Below, in pieces: positions 1 to 10,016 of a stretch of DNA of 64,000 bases. Numbering within the stretch: the stretch's first letter is position 1; each line of letters starts with the position of its first letter. Made by a program: the position numbers and the translations under genes. A model generated the notes under the pieces. The model ran no database searches and had not been told where the DNA came from. It worked only from the letters and a program-made list of their open reading frames with translations. Source of the DNA: Gemmatimonas sp. (GTDB lineage Bacteria > Gemmatimonadota > Gemmatimonadetes > Gemmatimonadales > Gemmatimonadaceae); assembly GCA_965279375.1 (NCBI GenBank), contig OZ257156.1, forward strand, positions 3,392,001-3,456,000, in the 5' to 3' direction.

Positions 1-2
1 CA

Positions 3-950
3 TTCACGCGTGTGATGCTCGGCGGAAGCTGCACCGCGTTTCTGCTGTTCGTCATCAACTCCGCACTGCGTGGCGCAGGTGATGCGGCCGTCGCAATGCG
101 TGTGCTCACGCTGGCCAACGGCATCAACATCGTGCTCGGGCCACTCCTGATCTTCGGTGTGGGACCGCTCCCTGAGTTGGGGGTGACGGGCGCCGCGGTG
201 GCCACCACGATCGGTCGTGGCGTGGGCGTGCTGTTCGCACTGAGCCGATTGTTGCGGGGGACTGGGCAGCTCGCGGTGGGAGCGCGTCATCTACGCATCG
301 ATTGGCCGGTCATCACGCGGCTCGTTCGCATGTCTCGTAACGGCACGTTTCAGGTGCTGGTGGGCTCGCTCAACTGGATCGTGCTGGTGCGTTTGATGTC
401 CACGTTCGGCAGCGTGGCAATGGCGGGTTACACCATCGCGATCCGTCTGGTGATCTTTGGCCTGCTGCCCGCGTGGGGACTGAGCAACGCCGCTGCCACC
501 ATGGTGGGTCAGTCACTCGGTGCGTCCAATCCCGATCGCGCCGAGCAATCGGTGTGGGTGGCCGCGCGCTACAACGTTGTGTTCCTTGGCGCGATGGCCG
601 TGCTGTTCCTGGTCGGAGCGCCCTGGATCATTCAGGCCTTCACCAGCGATCCGGCCGTCAGCAGCGTGGCGATCTTCGGCCTGCGCAGCATTGCCCTGGG
701 ATTCCCCGCGTTCGCGTTCGGTATGGTGCTCACGCAGTCATTCAACGGGGCAGGCGACACGGTGACGCCAACCTGGATCAACATCGGTGTCTTCTGGCTG
801 TTCGAGACGCCGGTCGCGTGGTTGCTCAGCGAGCATTCACCACTTGGCTGGCGCGCGATCTTTCTGTCGGTGCTGGCGGCCTACACCGTGCTGGCGGCGG
901 TGAGCGTCGTGCTCTTCCGTCGAGGGAAGTGGCGTACCCGAACCGTCTGA
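3..950 (+). CDS. MATE family efflux transporter (5'-truncated by window edge)
   Basis: Multi-TM protein with MATE motifs LRGAGDA, NIVLGPLLIFG..LGVTGAAVAT, GQSLGA and FNGAGDT; the frame is open to the window start. Confidence 0.9.
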   Translation, partial: FTRVMLGGSCTAFLLFVINSALRGAGDAAVAMRVLTLANGINIVLGPLLIFGVGPLPELGVTGAAVATTIGRGVGVLFALSRLLRGTGQLAVGARHLRIDWPVITRLVRMSRNGTFQVLVGSLNWIVLVRLMSTFGSVAMAGYTIAIRLVIFGLLPAWGLSNAAATMVGQSLGASNPDRAEQSVWVAARYNVVFLGAMAVLFLVGAPWIIQAFTSDPAVSSVAIFGLRSIALGFPAFAFGMVLTQSFNGAGDTVTPTWINIGVFWLFETPVAWLLSEHSPLGWRAIFLSVLAAYTVLAAVSVVLFRRGKWRTRTV

Positions 951-1093
951 CGGTGTAGCGCGTCGCCGGTACCGCCCGGCGTCGCACACGAGCGCGACTC
1001 GCTGACCGGCTCCTCCCTCCACGGCTGGTTCGCTAGCTTTGGAGGGCAGGGCGCTCGCGCCCCAACAACGTCTCTCCAGCCTGGTATCCGACC

Positions 1094-1540
1094 ATGAAGT
1101 CTTTCACGTCGCTGCTGCTCGTCCTGTTCGTCAGCCTCTTCGCGTTTTCCAACGTTGCGCAGGCGCAGTCGGTTGCTGGCGAGTGGGATGGCCTGATGAA
1201 CACGCCGGGCGGCGCTCGTCCGATGAAGATCGTCTTCAAGCAGGAAGGCGAAAAGCTCACCGGCGTGGTGAAGCGTGAAGCCGGCGATGCGCCGCTCACC
1301 GGCACGATCAAGGGCAACAAGGTCGAGTTCAGCTACACGGTCAACTACGGCGGCAACGCGCTCGTCCTCACGATGACCACCACGGTCACCGGCAACGAGA
1401 TGAAGGGCACCGTGAGCTTTGGCGGACAGGCGGAGGAAGAGTTCACGGCCAAGCGCGCCGCCGCACCCTCGGGAGCGTCAGTCGAGTCTTCTAACGCCGT
1501 GTCGCTGCAGCCGGTAACGCAGCCGATGGTGTTGCGCTGA
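1094..1540 (+). CDS. secreted hypothetical protein (small beta-rich domain)
   Basis: Signal peptide MKSFTSLLLVLFVSLFAFSNVAQA, then a VAGEWDG..GEKLTG beta-rich pattern; strong coding codon bias; 3' end overlaps the convergent kinase gene. Confidence 0.75.
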   Translation: MKSFTSLLLVLFVSLFAFSNVAQAQSVAGEWDGLMNTPGGARPMKIVFKQEGEKLTGVVKREAGDAPLTGTIKGNKVEFSYTVNYGGNALVLTMTTTVTGNEMKGTVSFGGQAEEEFTAKRAAAPSGASVESSNAVSLQPVTQPMVLR

Positions 1541-3110
1541 CGCTGTCCGACTGAGGCGCGGGCGCGAGAAACTCGCGGAGCTCCTCCGCGAGCGCGCTTG
1601 AGAGCGCATCGAGAGACGTGAGCTTGCTCGGCGTGGGCCGATCCAGCACGCGGTTCCACACGGCAAAACCGTCGCTCGTATTCACCAGCCGGAGCGTCAC
1701 GCGCATCTGATCCCCGTCGCGCAGCACGGTCCCTTCCACAAAGCGACCAACCCGCAGCGCGCGACCGATCTCCTCGGGGCCGCCGCCGTTGCTCAGCACC
1801 TCGAGCGCCGCCGTGCGCGACGCCACACGCACACCCGGAAGGCGCGACAGCGCTGTCGAGAGCCCATCGGTGAGGACGGCCGCCAGACGCGTGTCCGTGG
1901 AGTCGTCGCTCAGGCTCACAAACGGCAGCACCACGACATCGCCGAGTGATGGAGCGGCCTGCGCAGGCGCGCTCACCGCGCCTGACGATGCTGAAGGCAC
2001 CACCGAAGAGCTGTCTGTGCCGATGCGCGCCGCCTCGCTCGTCGCCGTGCGACCTCGCAGCCAGAACGCCGCCGCGACCAGGAGCACGCCGGCTCCGAGG
2101 AGCGCCGCTCCCGCTCCGCGGCGACGCGGACGCCGAATCGACGCAAGCTGCGCCGTTGCGAAGGCACCGCTCATCACATCCGGATCGTCGAGACGCTGCA
2201 CCAACTCCGTTGCTGACTGGGGGCGGTCTCCCGGATCCTTCTGCAGGCAGCTCATCACCAGCGATTCCAGCGCCATCGTGATGCCGCTGCGTTTCGACCG
2301 GAGCGACGGCGGCTCCGCGATCAGATGCGCGCGCAACAATTCGCTCGGGGCTCCGCTGAACGGCGTTTCGCCCGTCAGCATCTCGTAGGCCGTAACGCCG
2401 AACGCGTAGATGTCCGCGCGATGATCGGTGTTGGGGTCGCCGGAGATCTGTTCCGGGGCCATGTACGCCGGCGTGCCGAGCGAAAAGCCCTGATGTGTGA
2501 TCGTGCCCTTAGAAAGCTGCGTGGAGTCGTCGTGTACGCGGGCGGACGTAATCGCCTTGGCCACGCCAAAGTCGGCCACGACCGCGGATCCACTCGCCAG
2601 CAGAATGTTGTCTGGCTTGATGTCCCGATGCACTACACCTTGCGCATGCGCGTAGACGAGCGCACGGGCGACATCGCGCAGCACGCTGACGGTTTGCGCC
2701 ATAGGCAGCGGACCATGCGACTCCAGCCGATGACGCACCGATTCTCCATCGACGAATGGCATGATGAAGTAGGGCACGCCCGCCAGCTCGCCTGTGCGCA
2801 ACACGGGTACGATGTGCGGATGCTGGAGCGCGGCGGAGAGCGCGATCTCACGCCGAAAGCGCTCCAGCGACACCGTGGCGGCCAGCTCGTCGGTCAGCAG
2901 CTTGATCACCACCCGCCGGCCGAGGGCCACGTCTCTCGCCACGAACGTGCGCGACATGCCGCCGCCGCCGAGTTCGCGCTCCAGCACGAATTCGGCGGCA
3001 AGTGCTTCCTGCAAGCGGGCGGAGAGTCCAGAAGTCACATGAGGATGAGTAGGCGTGTCACCTCTGTTTGACAATTGGACCGAGCGAAGCGTTTGGATCG
3101 AAATTCCCAA
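1491..3110 (-). CDS. eukaryote-like Ser/Thr protein kinase with TM segment and C-terminal TolB-like domain
   Basis: LGGGGMS, VVIK, HRDIKPDN, DFG, GTPAYMAPEQ and DIYAFG kinase motifs; TM helix; VVVLPF..LSRLPGVRVASRT TolB-like region. True start is probably the GTG near 3038. Confidence 0.92.
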   Translation of the reverse strand: MGISIQTLRSVQLSNRGDTPTHPHVTSGLSARLQEALAAEFVLERELGGGGMSRTFVARDVALGRRVVIKLLTDELAATVSLERFRREIALSAALQHPHIVPVLRTGELAGVPYFIMPFVDGESVRHRLESHGPLPMAQTVSVLRDVARALVYAHAQGVVHRDIKPDNILLASGSAVVADFGVAKAITSARVHDDSTQLSKGTITHQGFSLGTPAYMAPEQISGDPNTDHRADIYAFGVTAYEMLTGETPFSGAPSELLRAHLIAEPPSLRSKRSGITMALESLVMSCLQKDPGDRPQSATELVQRLDDPDVMSGAFATAQLASIRRPRRRGAGAALLGAGVLLVAAAFWLRGRTATSEAARIGTDSSSVVPSASSGAVSAPAQAAPSLGDVVVLPFVSLSDDSTDTRLAAVLTDGLSTALSRLPGVRVASRTAALEVLSNGGGPEEIGRALRVGRFVEGTVLRDGDQMRVTLRLVNTSDGFAVWNRVLDRPTPSKLTSLDALSSALAEELREFLAPAPQSDSVSATPSAALPAAATRR

Positions 3111-3131
3111 ACGCGCACCACCGTCGGCGCT

Positions 3132-6100
3132 CTAGTTGCGGCTCATCGAGAAGCTGGTGCCCTGTGGCGACGCATCGATCGAGTAACGCGCATGGTCGCG
3201 ACGCAACGACGATGGGTCCTCGGTCAGCAGGTTCCGAATGAATCGCGGCACGATCGAGAGTTGCACGGGTGTGAGTACCGCCTTGGCGAGCGCACCAGTC
3301 TCGTAGGTGATGTCCCACGCCAGCGAGTCAGTGCGCGCCGCTCGCTTCTGCGCATCCTTGGCGTCGTAGCGATCCGGTAGCGCCGCCAGATGCTCCACCA
3401 ACGGCTTGAATACCTCCGCCAGCTGCGCACGGTAGCGCATTTCGCGCGACGTGAGCGAGTCCAGCTGCGCGGGCGTCAGCAGCAGCGTGTCCGAGTACGC
3501 CTGCAACGAGACGAAGAGACTCGGCATCGCGCGCTGGTAGCGCGCCATCAGGGTATCCGTGGTCAAGCGCGCCCGGCGATCTCCGCCGCGCCCCGGACGC
3601 AGCTGTCGCCGCAGTTGCTGTACTTCGTCGCGCTCCGAAAAGTTGATCCGCACGTCGATGGTCGCACCGTACGGCTCCAGCGGTCGCGCTGTGCGCGAGG
3701 GGCGCGTCTCTCCGAAGCGCGGGTTCACGTCATAGGTGAAGGCGTTGCTCGCGCTCGTGAACCCGCGGGGAACGAGCAGCACGTTGTCCGGCGCTGCCGC
3801 CGTTCCCCACCCACGCAGCTCGTTGCTCCCGTGCAGCGCGCGATCGAGTGCGCCGAGCGGATTAACGAACTGCACCGCGACACGAGCGCGATCCGGCAGT
3901 TTGAGGCGCGCGCCGGCCAGATCCAGCCGGAGCTGCATCGACTGCGTCCACGGCCCTTCGCAGCTGTTCATCGCCGCGATCGTGCCGCGCTGTGCACGCA
4001 GGCAGCGCGCGACGCTCTTCGGTGCCGATGCCAACAACACGTCGAAGGGGGTGAAGCTGGACGAGAGCAGGCTGCTGCTCATCGGCACGAACGCGCGGTC
4101 GTTCGCTCGGCCGTCGCCATTGATATCGCTCGCCACCATTGGGGTGAACGGACGTCCGCTTTCGAGGCGAAGGAACATCGACAGGCCGACTCCAGGCGCC
4201 ACGTATTTCGCGAACTGTGCCATGATCTGGTGGCGCACGTCGAACGGGCTGCGTCCCCACTCCACACGTCGGGGGTCGCCGGCCGCGCCGGCGTCGAAGC
4301 CGCGCGCCTGCGTGCGCGCGCTGGCGTACGTGTAGTTGAAGTTGACGTAGTCTCCACCAAAGCTGCGCCCCAAGCCGCTCAAGTCAGGCGTCAACGAGAG
4401 CGTGAGCTGGCCCGCGCGACCGCGTAGATCACTCATCCTTTCGGATACGGCGCCAAACGCACTGCTACGACGCGAGCCCAGGGCAGACACTGCTCCCGTG
4501 CGCGCGTCCACATCGGTGGGGCGGAAGTACACGGCGCGCCCTGCCTCCGCCGGCAGCGTGGCCGACTGTACTCCACTGAAGTTCAGATCCTGCACACTCG
4601 GCTGATTCAGATTGAGCGCGTACGTTGCGTCGGCGCGGTAGTCGATGATCCACCAGCGCGACGTCCACCCCACGTTGCCTCGCCAGCTCCGCGGCGGCGT
4701 GTAGTTGCGTGTAAAGGTGCTGATCGGCGTACCCGCGTCCGTCAGCGATGGCGCGCCGGGCGCACAGCTCGTCGCGGAGCTGTTCATGCTCGACCAATCG
4801 GGTAGCGGCACCGCGCTGCCAACGCACGTCAGTCGGCGCAGCGCATCGCTCGCGCCGGTGGCGCCGTCCGCATCAGCGAGCGCGTTCGCGCGATAGAGTC
4901 CACGAAACTCGCCAACACCCGCGCGCAGCATGCCGACAGGCAACGTGGACCGAATCGCATAGTCGTTCGCATTCGTCATGAAACCGCCCGCGCGTTCCTT
5001 CACCAGATACCACGTCATGCCCAATCGTGGACTGATTCCGATCGACGATGGCACGCGATTGGTTGCCACGCCGAGCGCGGAGAGGAGGGCTGGATTGGCC
5101 GCGGGCGTGCCGACATATCGGTTCGCTTCCGCGCGAGCGCCCCACAGCAGCTGGAAGACGCGAGACGGTGCCCAACGGTGCGCGAAGGCAGCGGCGCTGT
5201 TCCATGCTGCACCGGAGCGTGCGGGCTGCGACACGGTGCGCGTGTAGCTCGCCGGTCGATTGGCCTGCAGGTCCGCGAGGGTGTTGTAGCTGTAAGTCCC
5301 CAGCGGATTGCTCACGGTCTCGTCGGCGGTCGCATCCACACGCGTCCACGCGTGCAGCTTGAACAAGTGTCGCCGGCCACCGTGCAGCCAAGTCACGTCG
5401 TCCGCCGCCTCCCAGGAGACCGTGCGCGAATCACCGCGCGCCCCCGCGTCGCCGCCAAACCGAATCGTCGGGACGGCACCCGTGGCGTTCAGGTCATCCG
5501 CACTGGCATCGACCGTCACGTCGGGTGCACGCACGACGCCTGCAGGGAGCAAGAGAGTGGGCGTGCGCGATGAGAACTGCCCCGACAGCGACGTACGGAA
5601 ATCGTTGAGCACCGGGAGCGTTCCGCCGGACAACGACACCTGGCCCACTTGAATCGCCGAGCGGACATCCTGCGTGCGATACCCGGCGCTGGTGAGCGTG
5701 CTCGCGCTGATGCCCGCGCCGCTCGTGCGCGATGCGTCCAGCAGCCCGGTCACGCGTAGCGCGCGCCGTCCGCGCGGCGTGCGATCGAGCTGTGCCACGA
5801 GGTTCACCGATTCGTTGACTTCGTTCGGCGTCGCGAGGCCGAACGGGACCTTGGCCGCACCAAAGCCCGACTGCAATTGCGCGAGTGCGTTCGCGCCGAT
5901 GCCCTGCAAGCGCAGCAACTCCGAGGGAGCGGTGAACAGCGAACTTTGACCAGCACTCCGGCGCACTGCCTGCGCCGCCGCGGTATAGAAGACGCGATCG
6001 TCCACGAGCATTCCTGAGCGGCCCATCGACGCCTGCAGCGATGTGGGCTGCATCCCATACGCTCGTGCCAACGCATCGTCGTTGCGCAGCGCGGGGGCAT

Positions 6101-6926
6101 CCAGCGTGAACGATCCGCTCTTGCGCGTATTCATGCTGCCCGGATCGAGCTCCTGCGCGACCAGCGCGCCACTGAAGCCACCCACCGACGGATCGAAGCT
6201 GCTGAGCGATCCACGCGTCCGCGTGGCCGCTTCGCGCGGGAGACGTGCCCCCGATGCCAGTCCGTTGAGCGTCGTCAGCGACTGATCGCCACCGGCGCCC
6301 AGCGCGGAAACACCATTGGCGCCGACATTCAACCCGGGAATCGTGCCAGCCGCGGCCATCGGGTCTCCGGCGGCTCCGGGAGACACTGCCGCATAGACGC
6401 CCTCCACGACGCGCTCATTGCTGCCGACCGTTGGCTCGGCGCTGGTGCGATTGGGTGGCTCGGGCTTGGGTGCATTGGCGCGCACGCGCACCGCTGCCAA
6501 CTGCGAGGGGCCAGTCTTCTGCAGCACGGCGTCGGCCACGATGCGCTGTGCCGCATTCGATCGCGTGAGGCGCTTTCGGTACGGCTGCGCATCCGGCGCG
6601 CTGATGAATACGAGGTAGTCGCCCGTGCCCGGCGTGAACACCAACTGCCAGCGCCCATCGGCGTCGGTCGTGTCCTGCTGCACCAATCGGTCGGGGCCCC
6701 GCGTGACGAAGACTGTCGCGCCCGACACCGGTGCGCCGCCCGCACTCGAGGTCACACGGCCGACGATCGTATCACTGGCCGACGGCGTGGGGGAGGCGGC
6801 ACTGGCGGGAGCACCCTGCGCGCGCGCGGTCGAAGTACTCCAGTGCGTCGCGGCCAGCGCAATGGCCGACCATACGAGGGTACGCCGCAACATCCGGCGT
6901 GTGGTGGAGCGGGGAGTGTCGAACAA
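3132..6926 (-). CDS. large outer-membrane protein with N-terminal carboxypeptidase-regulatory-like domain (TonB-dependent receptor-like)
   Basis: Signal peptide; IVGRVT..PVSGATV..TDADGRW beta-sandwich; plug-like region; Oar-like barrel elements (SPRLGMTW, DINGDGRANDRAFV). Confidence 0.75.
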   Translation of the reverse strand: MFDTPRSTTRRMLRRTLVWSAIALAATHWSTSTARAQGAPASAASPTPSASDTIVGRVTSSAGGAPVSGATVFVTRGPDRLVQQDTTDADGRWQLVFTPGTGDYLVFISAPDAQPYRKRLTRSNAAQRIVADAVLQKTGPSQLAAVRVRANAPKPEPPNRTSAEPTVGSNERVVEGVYAAVSPGAAGDPMAAAGTIPGLNVGANGVSALGAGGDQSLTTLNGLASGARLPREAATRTRGSLSSFDPSVGGFSGALVAQELDPGSMNTRKSGSFTLDAPALRNDDALARAYGMQPTSLQASMGRSGMLVDDRVFYTAAAQAVRRSAGQSSLFTAPSELLRLQGIGANALAQLQSGFGAAKVPFGLATPNEVNESVNLVAQLDRTPRGRRALRVTGLLDASRTSGAGISASTLTSAGYRTQDVRSAIQVGQVSLSGGTLPVLNDFRTSLSGQFSSRTPTLLLPAGVVRAPDVTVDASADDLNATGAVPTIRFGGDAGARGDSRTVSWEAADDVTWLHGGRRHLFKLHAWTRVDATADETVSNPLGTYSYNTLADLQANRPASYTRTVSQPARSGAAWNSAAAFAHRWAPSRVFQLLWGARAEANRYVGTPAANPALLSALGVATNRVPSSIGISPRLGMTWYLVKERAGGFMTNANDYAIRSTLPVGMLRAGVGEFRGLYRANALADADGATGASDALRRLTCVGSAVPLPDWSSMNSSATSCAPGAPSLTDAGTPISTFTRNYTPPRSWRGNVGWTSRWWIIDYRADATYALNLNQPSVQDLNFSGVQSATLPAEAGRAVYFRPTDVDARTGAVSALGSRRSSAFGAVSERMSDLRGRAGQLTLSLTPDLSGLGRSFGGDYVNFNYTYASARTQARGFDAGAAGDPRRVEWGRSPFDVRHQIMAQFAKYVAPGVGLSMFLRLESGRPFTPMVASDINGDGRANDRAFVPMSSSLLSSSFTPFDVLLASAPKSVARCLRAQRGTIAAMNSCEGPWTQSMQLRLDLAGARLKLPDRARVAVQFVNPLGALDRALHGSNELRGWGTAAAPDNVLLVPRGFTSASNAFTYDVNPRFGETRPSRTARPLEPYGATIDVRINFSERDEVQQLRRQLRPGRGGDRRARLTTDTLMARYQRAMPSLFVSLQAYSDTLLLTPAQLDSLTSREMRYRAQLAEVFKPLVEHLAALPDRYDAKDAQKRAARTDSLAWDITYETGALAKAVLTPVQLSIVPRFIRNLLTEDPSSLRRDHARYSIDASPQGTSFSMSRN

Positions 6927-7083
6927 GCAGACCTCGAAGAGGGCAGGGGCGATAACCGTTGGGTCGTGTCGCGCGCGAAAGGAATCGCGACATTCGACAA
7001 CGAATCGTACTCAACGGTTTACGCGCCCCGACGCTCCTCGGGTTTCGACGATCTTCTGCCCAGTTCGTCCTTGTGTGCGTCCG

Positions 7084-7260
7084 CTAGCGACGCCAGGAGT
7101 TGAAGCGGCGATTCTGCACCAAGCTCATTCCTGCGCCGATCGCCAGCATCAATGCAGCCATGCCGCCGATGTAGGCACTCGGCACGCCGAACAGGTATAG
7201 CGCCCACACCACTCCGACGAAGAGCAGGAGGAAGCGCTCGAGATAGATCCCAGTCGTCAT
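7084..7260 (-). CDS. small two-TM membrane protein
   Basis: MTTGIYLERFLLLFVGVVWALYLF.. with two hydrophobic segments; AAGGAG RBS upstream of the ATG at 7260. Confidence 0.65.
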   Translation of the reverse strand: MTTGIYLERFLLLFVGVVWALYLFGVPSAYIGGMAALMLAIGAGMSLVQNRRFNSWRR

Positions 7261-7492
7261 GTGGCTGCTCCTTGGAGACAGAGACGTGTCGGTGACCTGT
7301 ACGGTGCGCGCATCCGGTTGTGGGCGCGCTCGATCACAACATCTGACACCCAACATGTGTGCAAGTTCGGGTCCCGCCGTGGCACGCGTCACAGGACCCG
7401 TTGGGGTCGCCAGGAGAATCGCGAGATTCGTGATCCACGTTCCACGAGACGGCGCGCTCGTGCGCTGTCAGAGCGCGCACTATGTTGGTCGC

Positions 7493-8401
7493 ATGCCCTC
7501 AGCGCCGACGCCGGATCCCGCCCTCGAAGCACTCGCCGCCACGCTCGACGCGAGCAGCGACTATCGCGTCGTGCGACGCCTGCGCTCACCGGCGCGCTAT
7601 GCGATCGGCGAGCCGGTCGGTGAACTGAAGCAGGGGCTGCTGCTCGATCTCGAGACGACCGGTCTCGACACGGCACGCGACCTCATCATCGAGTTCGGCG
7701 CGGTGCCGTTTCTGTTCGACTCGGCGGGGCAGGTGTTCGACGTGCTCGCACCGATCAGCTACTTCGAGGATCCGGGGCGGCCCATTCCGCCCGAGGTGCA
7801 GTCGCTGACGGGCATCACCGACGACATGGTGCGCGGACAACGCATCGACGATGCGCGCGTCGAAGCTGTCGTGAATGCATCCGTGCTGGTCGTTGCGCAC
7901 AACGCGGGTTTCGATCGTCGTGTCGCCGAGCGGCGCTTTCCGATCTTCGCCAGCAAGCACTGGGGGTGTTCGCGCGACGATGTACCGTGGAGCGCAGGCT
8001 TCGGCATCAGCAGCCACAAGCTTGACTATCTGCTCTACGAGACCTGTCGCGTCTTTCACGACGGCCACCGCGCCGCCGACGATTGTCTGGCCACACTGCA
8101 CTTGCTGGCGCACCCGAAGGATGCTGCGGGCAAGACGCCAATGGCCCATCTGCTCGAGAGCGCGCGAAGAAAGACCTCGCGTGTCTTCGCGCGCAAATCG
8201 CCATTCGAGACGAAGGACGCGCTCAAGGGACGCGGCTACCGCTGGAACGATGCGCAGAAGACCTGGTTCATCGACAAGACAGCGACCGATCTGGACGCGG
8301 AGCTGCAATGGCTCCGCGAGAACGTGTACGGCGGCACCGCGGCGCCACCGGCCGAAGTTGTCACCTTTACCGCGAAAGAGCGCTACTCCGACCGCGGCTG
8401 A
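7493..8401 (+). CDS. DEDDh 3'-5' exonuclease (DNA polymerase III epsilon-like)
   Basis: LDLETTG (ExoI), AHNAGFDR (ExoII) and HRAADDC (ExoIII); C-terminal KDALKGRGYRWN domain; start set at ATG 7493. Confidence 0.9.
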   Translation: MPSAPTPDPALEALAATLDASSDYRVVRRLRSPARYAIGEPVGELKQGLLLDLETTGLDTARDLIIEFGAVPFLFDSAGQVFDVLAPISYFEDPGRPIPPEVQSLTGITDDMVRGQRIDDARVEAVVNASVLVVAHNAGFDRRVAERRFPIFASKHWGCSRDDVPWSAGFGISSHKLDYLLYETCRVFHDGHRAADDCLATLHLLAHPKDAAGKTPMAHLLESARRKTSRVFARKSPFETKDALKGRGYRWNDAQKTWFIDKTATDLDAELQWLRENVYGGTAAPPAEVVTFTAKERYSDRG

Positions 8402-8408
8402 CCTGCTG

Positions 8409-9278
8409 TCAGGGGCACTTGGCCGGCTTGGGCACCGGGCACGACGATCCTGCTTTCGCGCACGTCGCAGCCTGTACCACGAGTCGGTCGCCCAAGCGGG
8501 TGACGGGAAACTGGTTCTGGCCGGGCGTCGTGACGGTGGGCCACGCTTCGACCAGCTGGTCCATGATGCGCGCCGACTCGCGCGCGGACGCGATCGCCGG
8601 ACTCTTGGCCGACGTCCGAAGCTGGGAGAGATCGTAGAGCACCCAGACGTTCTCTGCCGTCACGGCGCCCACGGCATGGTCGCTCGCGTCCTTCTCGTCG
8701 CCTTCGTGCAGCCGGACAGCGATCTGTAGCGCGCTGTTGAGCGTCGCCAGCGCGGCGGACTCATGACCACCGGCGCGCTCGACGGCGGCCATTCCCTGCA
8801 GAAAGGTGACGCTCTCGCGGGTGATTTGACGTCCGACGGCGGGCGTGTCCTCGTATGCCTTCACCAGCACGCTACGAGCACCGGTCGCGTCGCCGCGTGA
8901 GGCCAGGAGCCGCACCAGCGCATCGGCCGCGCTCCGATCGCCCACTGCCGAGGCCGCGACGGCATCGCGGAGCAGTCGGAGAGCGCTGTCGCCGCAGGCC
9001 CGGTGCACGAGATACACGTCGGCGAGGCCGCGCGCGGCCGCTGAGGCCATGGCGCGGTCACCGCTTTGGGTGGCAGCGGCCGCGGCGCGACGGTAGGCCG
9101 CGATGGCGGAATCCGGCTGGGATTCGAGGGCGAGGCGTCGGCCCTCCTGGAACGCGGCCAGCGCTGCAGGATCCTGCGCGAGCAGCGGGCGTCCTGCGGC
9201 CGTCAGGCCAAGGAGCGCCAGCGCACCGGTCAGGGTGCACCGGCGCGCATTTACGAATCGAGGGGGGAGCACGGTCAT
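8409..9278 (-). CDS. secreted helical (TPR-like) hypothetical protein
   Basis: Signal-like N-terminus, Ala-rich helical repeats, coding-like codon usage. Confidence 0.65.
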   Translation of the reverse strand: MTVLPPRFVNARRCTLTGALALLGLTAAGRPLLAQDPAALAAFQEGRRLALESQPDSAIAAYRRAAAAATQSGDRAMASAAARGLADVYLVHRACGDSALRLLRDAVAASAVGDRSAADALVRLLASRGDATGARSVLVKAYEDTPAVGRQITRESVTFLQGMAAVERAGGHESAALATLNSALQIAVRLHEGDEKDASDHAVGAVTAENVWVLYDLSQLRTSAKSPAIASARESARIMDQLVEAWPTVTTPGQNQFPVTRLGDRLVVQAATCAKAGSSCPVPKPAKCP

Positions 9279-9328
9279 GCGTTCACTCCGTCGGGGTCAG
9301 TACGAGGTCACCCCGAACTGTACCCCGC

Positions 9329-9748
9329 TCAGACCAGACCGACCAGTTGGGCTGGAGTTTCCAGCGCTTCCTGCGCGGCATTGAGGACAGCTTGGGGCAG
9401 CGGAGAGGACCCGCTGCGGCGCGCGGCCTCGATTACCAGCAGGAGCGCGCGCGCTTGAGCTGCGTACGCAGCAAGCAGTGCGCCACCTGCACCGGGTGTG
9501 GCGGCGATGTCCTGCGCCAGCGACTCGAGTTGCCGCGCCAGCGCGCTCGGGGTGCCTGGCGGCAGCGTAGGCGCGGCTACCGCACCGGTTGGGCGTCGGT
9601 TGGCCGGCAGATCGGCGTACGGTACAGGGGGCTGCACCCCGAAGAGACCCGGAAACGACGTGGGCGCCAACGCTTCCTTCACCCGCTCATTCGTCGCGGC
9701 GATCGCCGCGAGACGCCGACGTGCGGCGCGTGATGACTCAAATCCCAC
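9329..9748 (-). CDS. hypothetical protein
   Basis: 139 aa ORF with GGAG RBS before the GTG start; fills the gap between neighbours. Confidence 0.55.
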   Translation of the reverse strand: MGFESSRAARRRLAAIAATNERVKEALAPTSFPGLFGVQPPVPYADLPANRRPTGAVAAPTLPPGTPSALARQLESLAQDIAATPGAGGALLAAYAAQARALLLVIEAARRSGSSPLPQAVLNAAQEALETPAQLVGLV

Positions 9749-9770
9749 CTGCTATTCTCCGGATACGCGA

Positions 9771-9787
9771 CTGTCAGACCTTGACAG
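9771..9787. promoter_or_regulatory. palindromic operator-like site CTGTCA-N5-TGACAG overlapping a TTGACA hexamer
   Basis: Perfect inverted repeat in a divergent intergenic region; TTGACA at 9781-9786. Confidence 0.5.
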
Positions 9788-10016
9788 ACGCTGGTCTGTT
9801 ACATAAATGCGACTGTAATGCACGTGGCTGCGGATGCGGACTTAACCGCATGGTGTAGCTTGGTTTCCAGCTGTCGGATCAGCAGGACCTGGTACTGAGG
9901 CCGAAGGTCGCCCTGTGCGATCGTCGCTCTCGGTCGCCACGGAGAAGTTCTGCGCGCGGCCAACTCGGGTTGCGCCCGGAACGGAAGGGTACGAGCCCTC
10001 TTGAGGAGGCGGCTGT

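Noticed and set aside
9890..9915. CTGAGGCCGAAGGTCG resembling a hammerhead ribozyme core
   Set aside because: Lacks the CUGAUGA and GAAA conserved core, and the three stems could not be built
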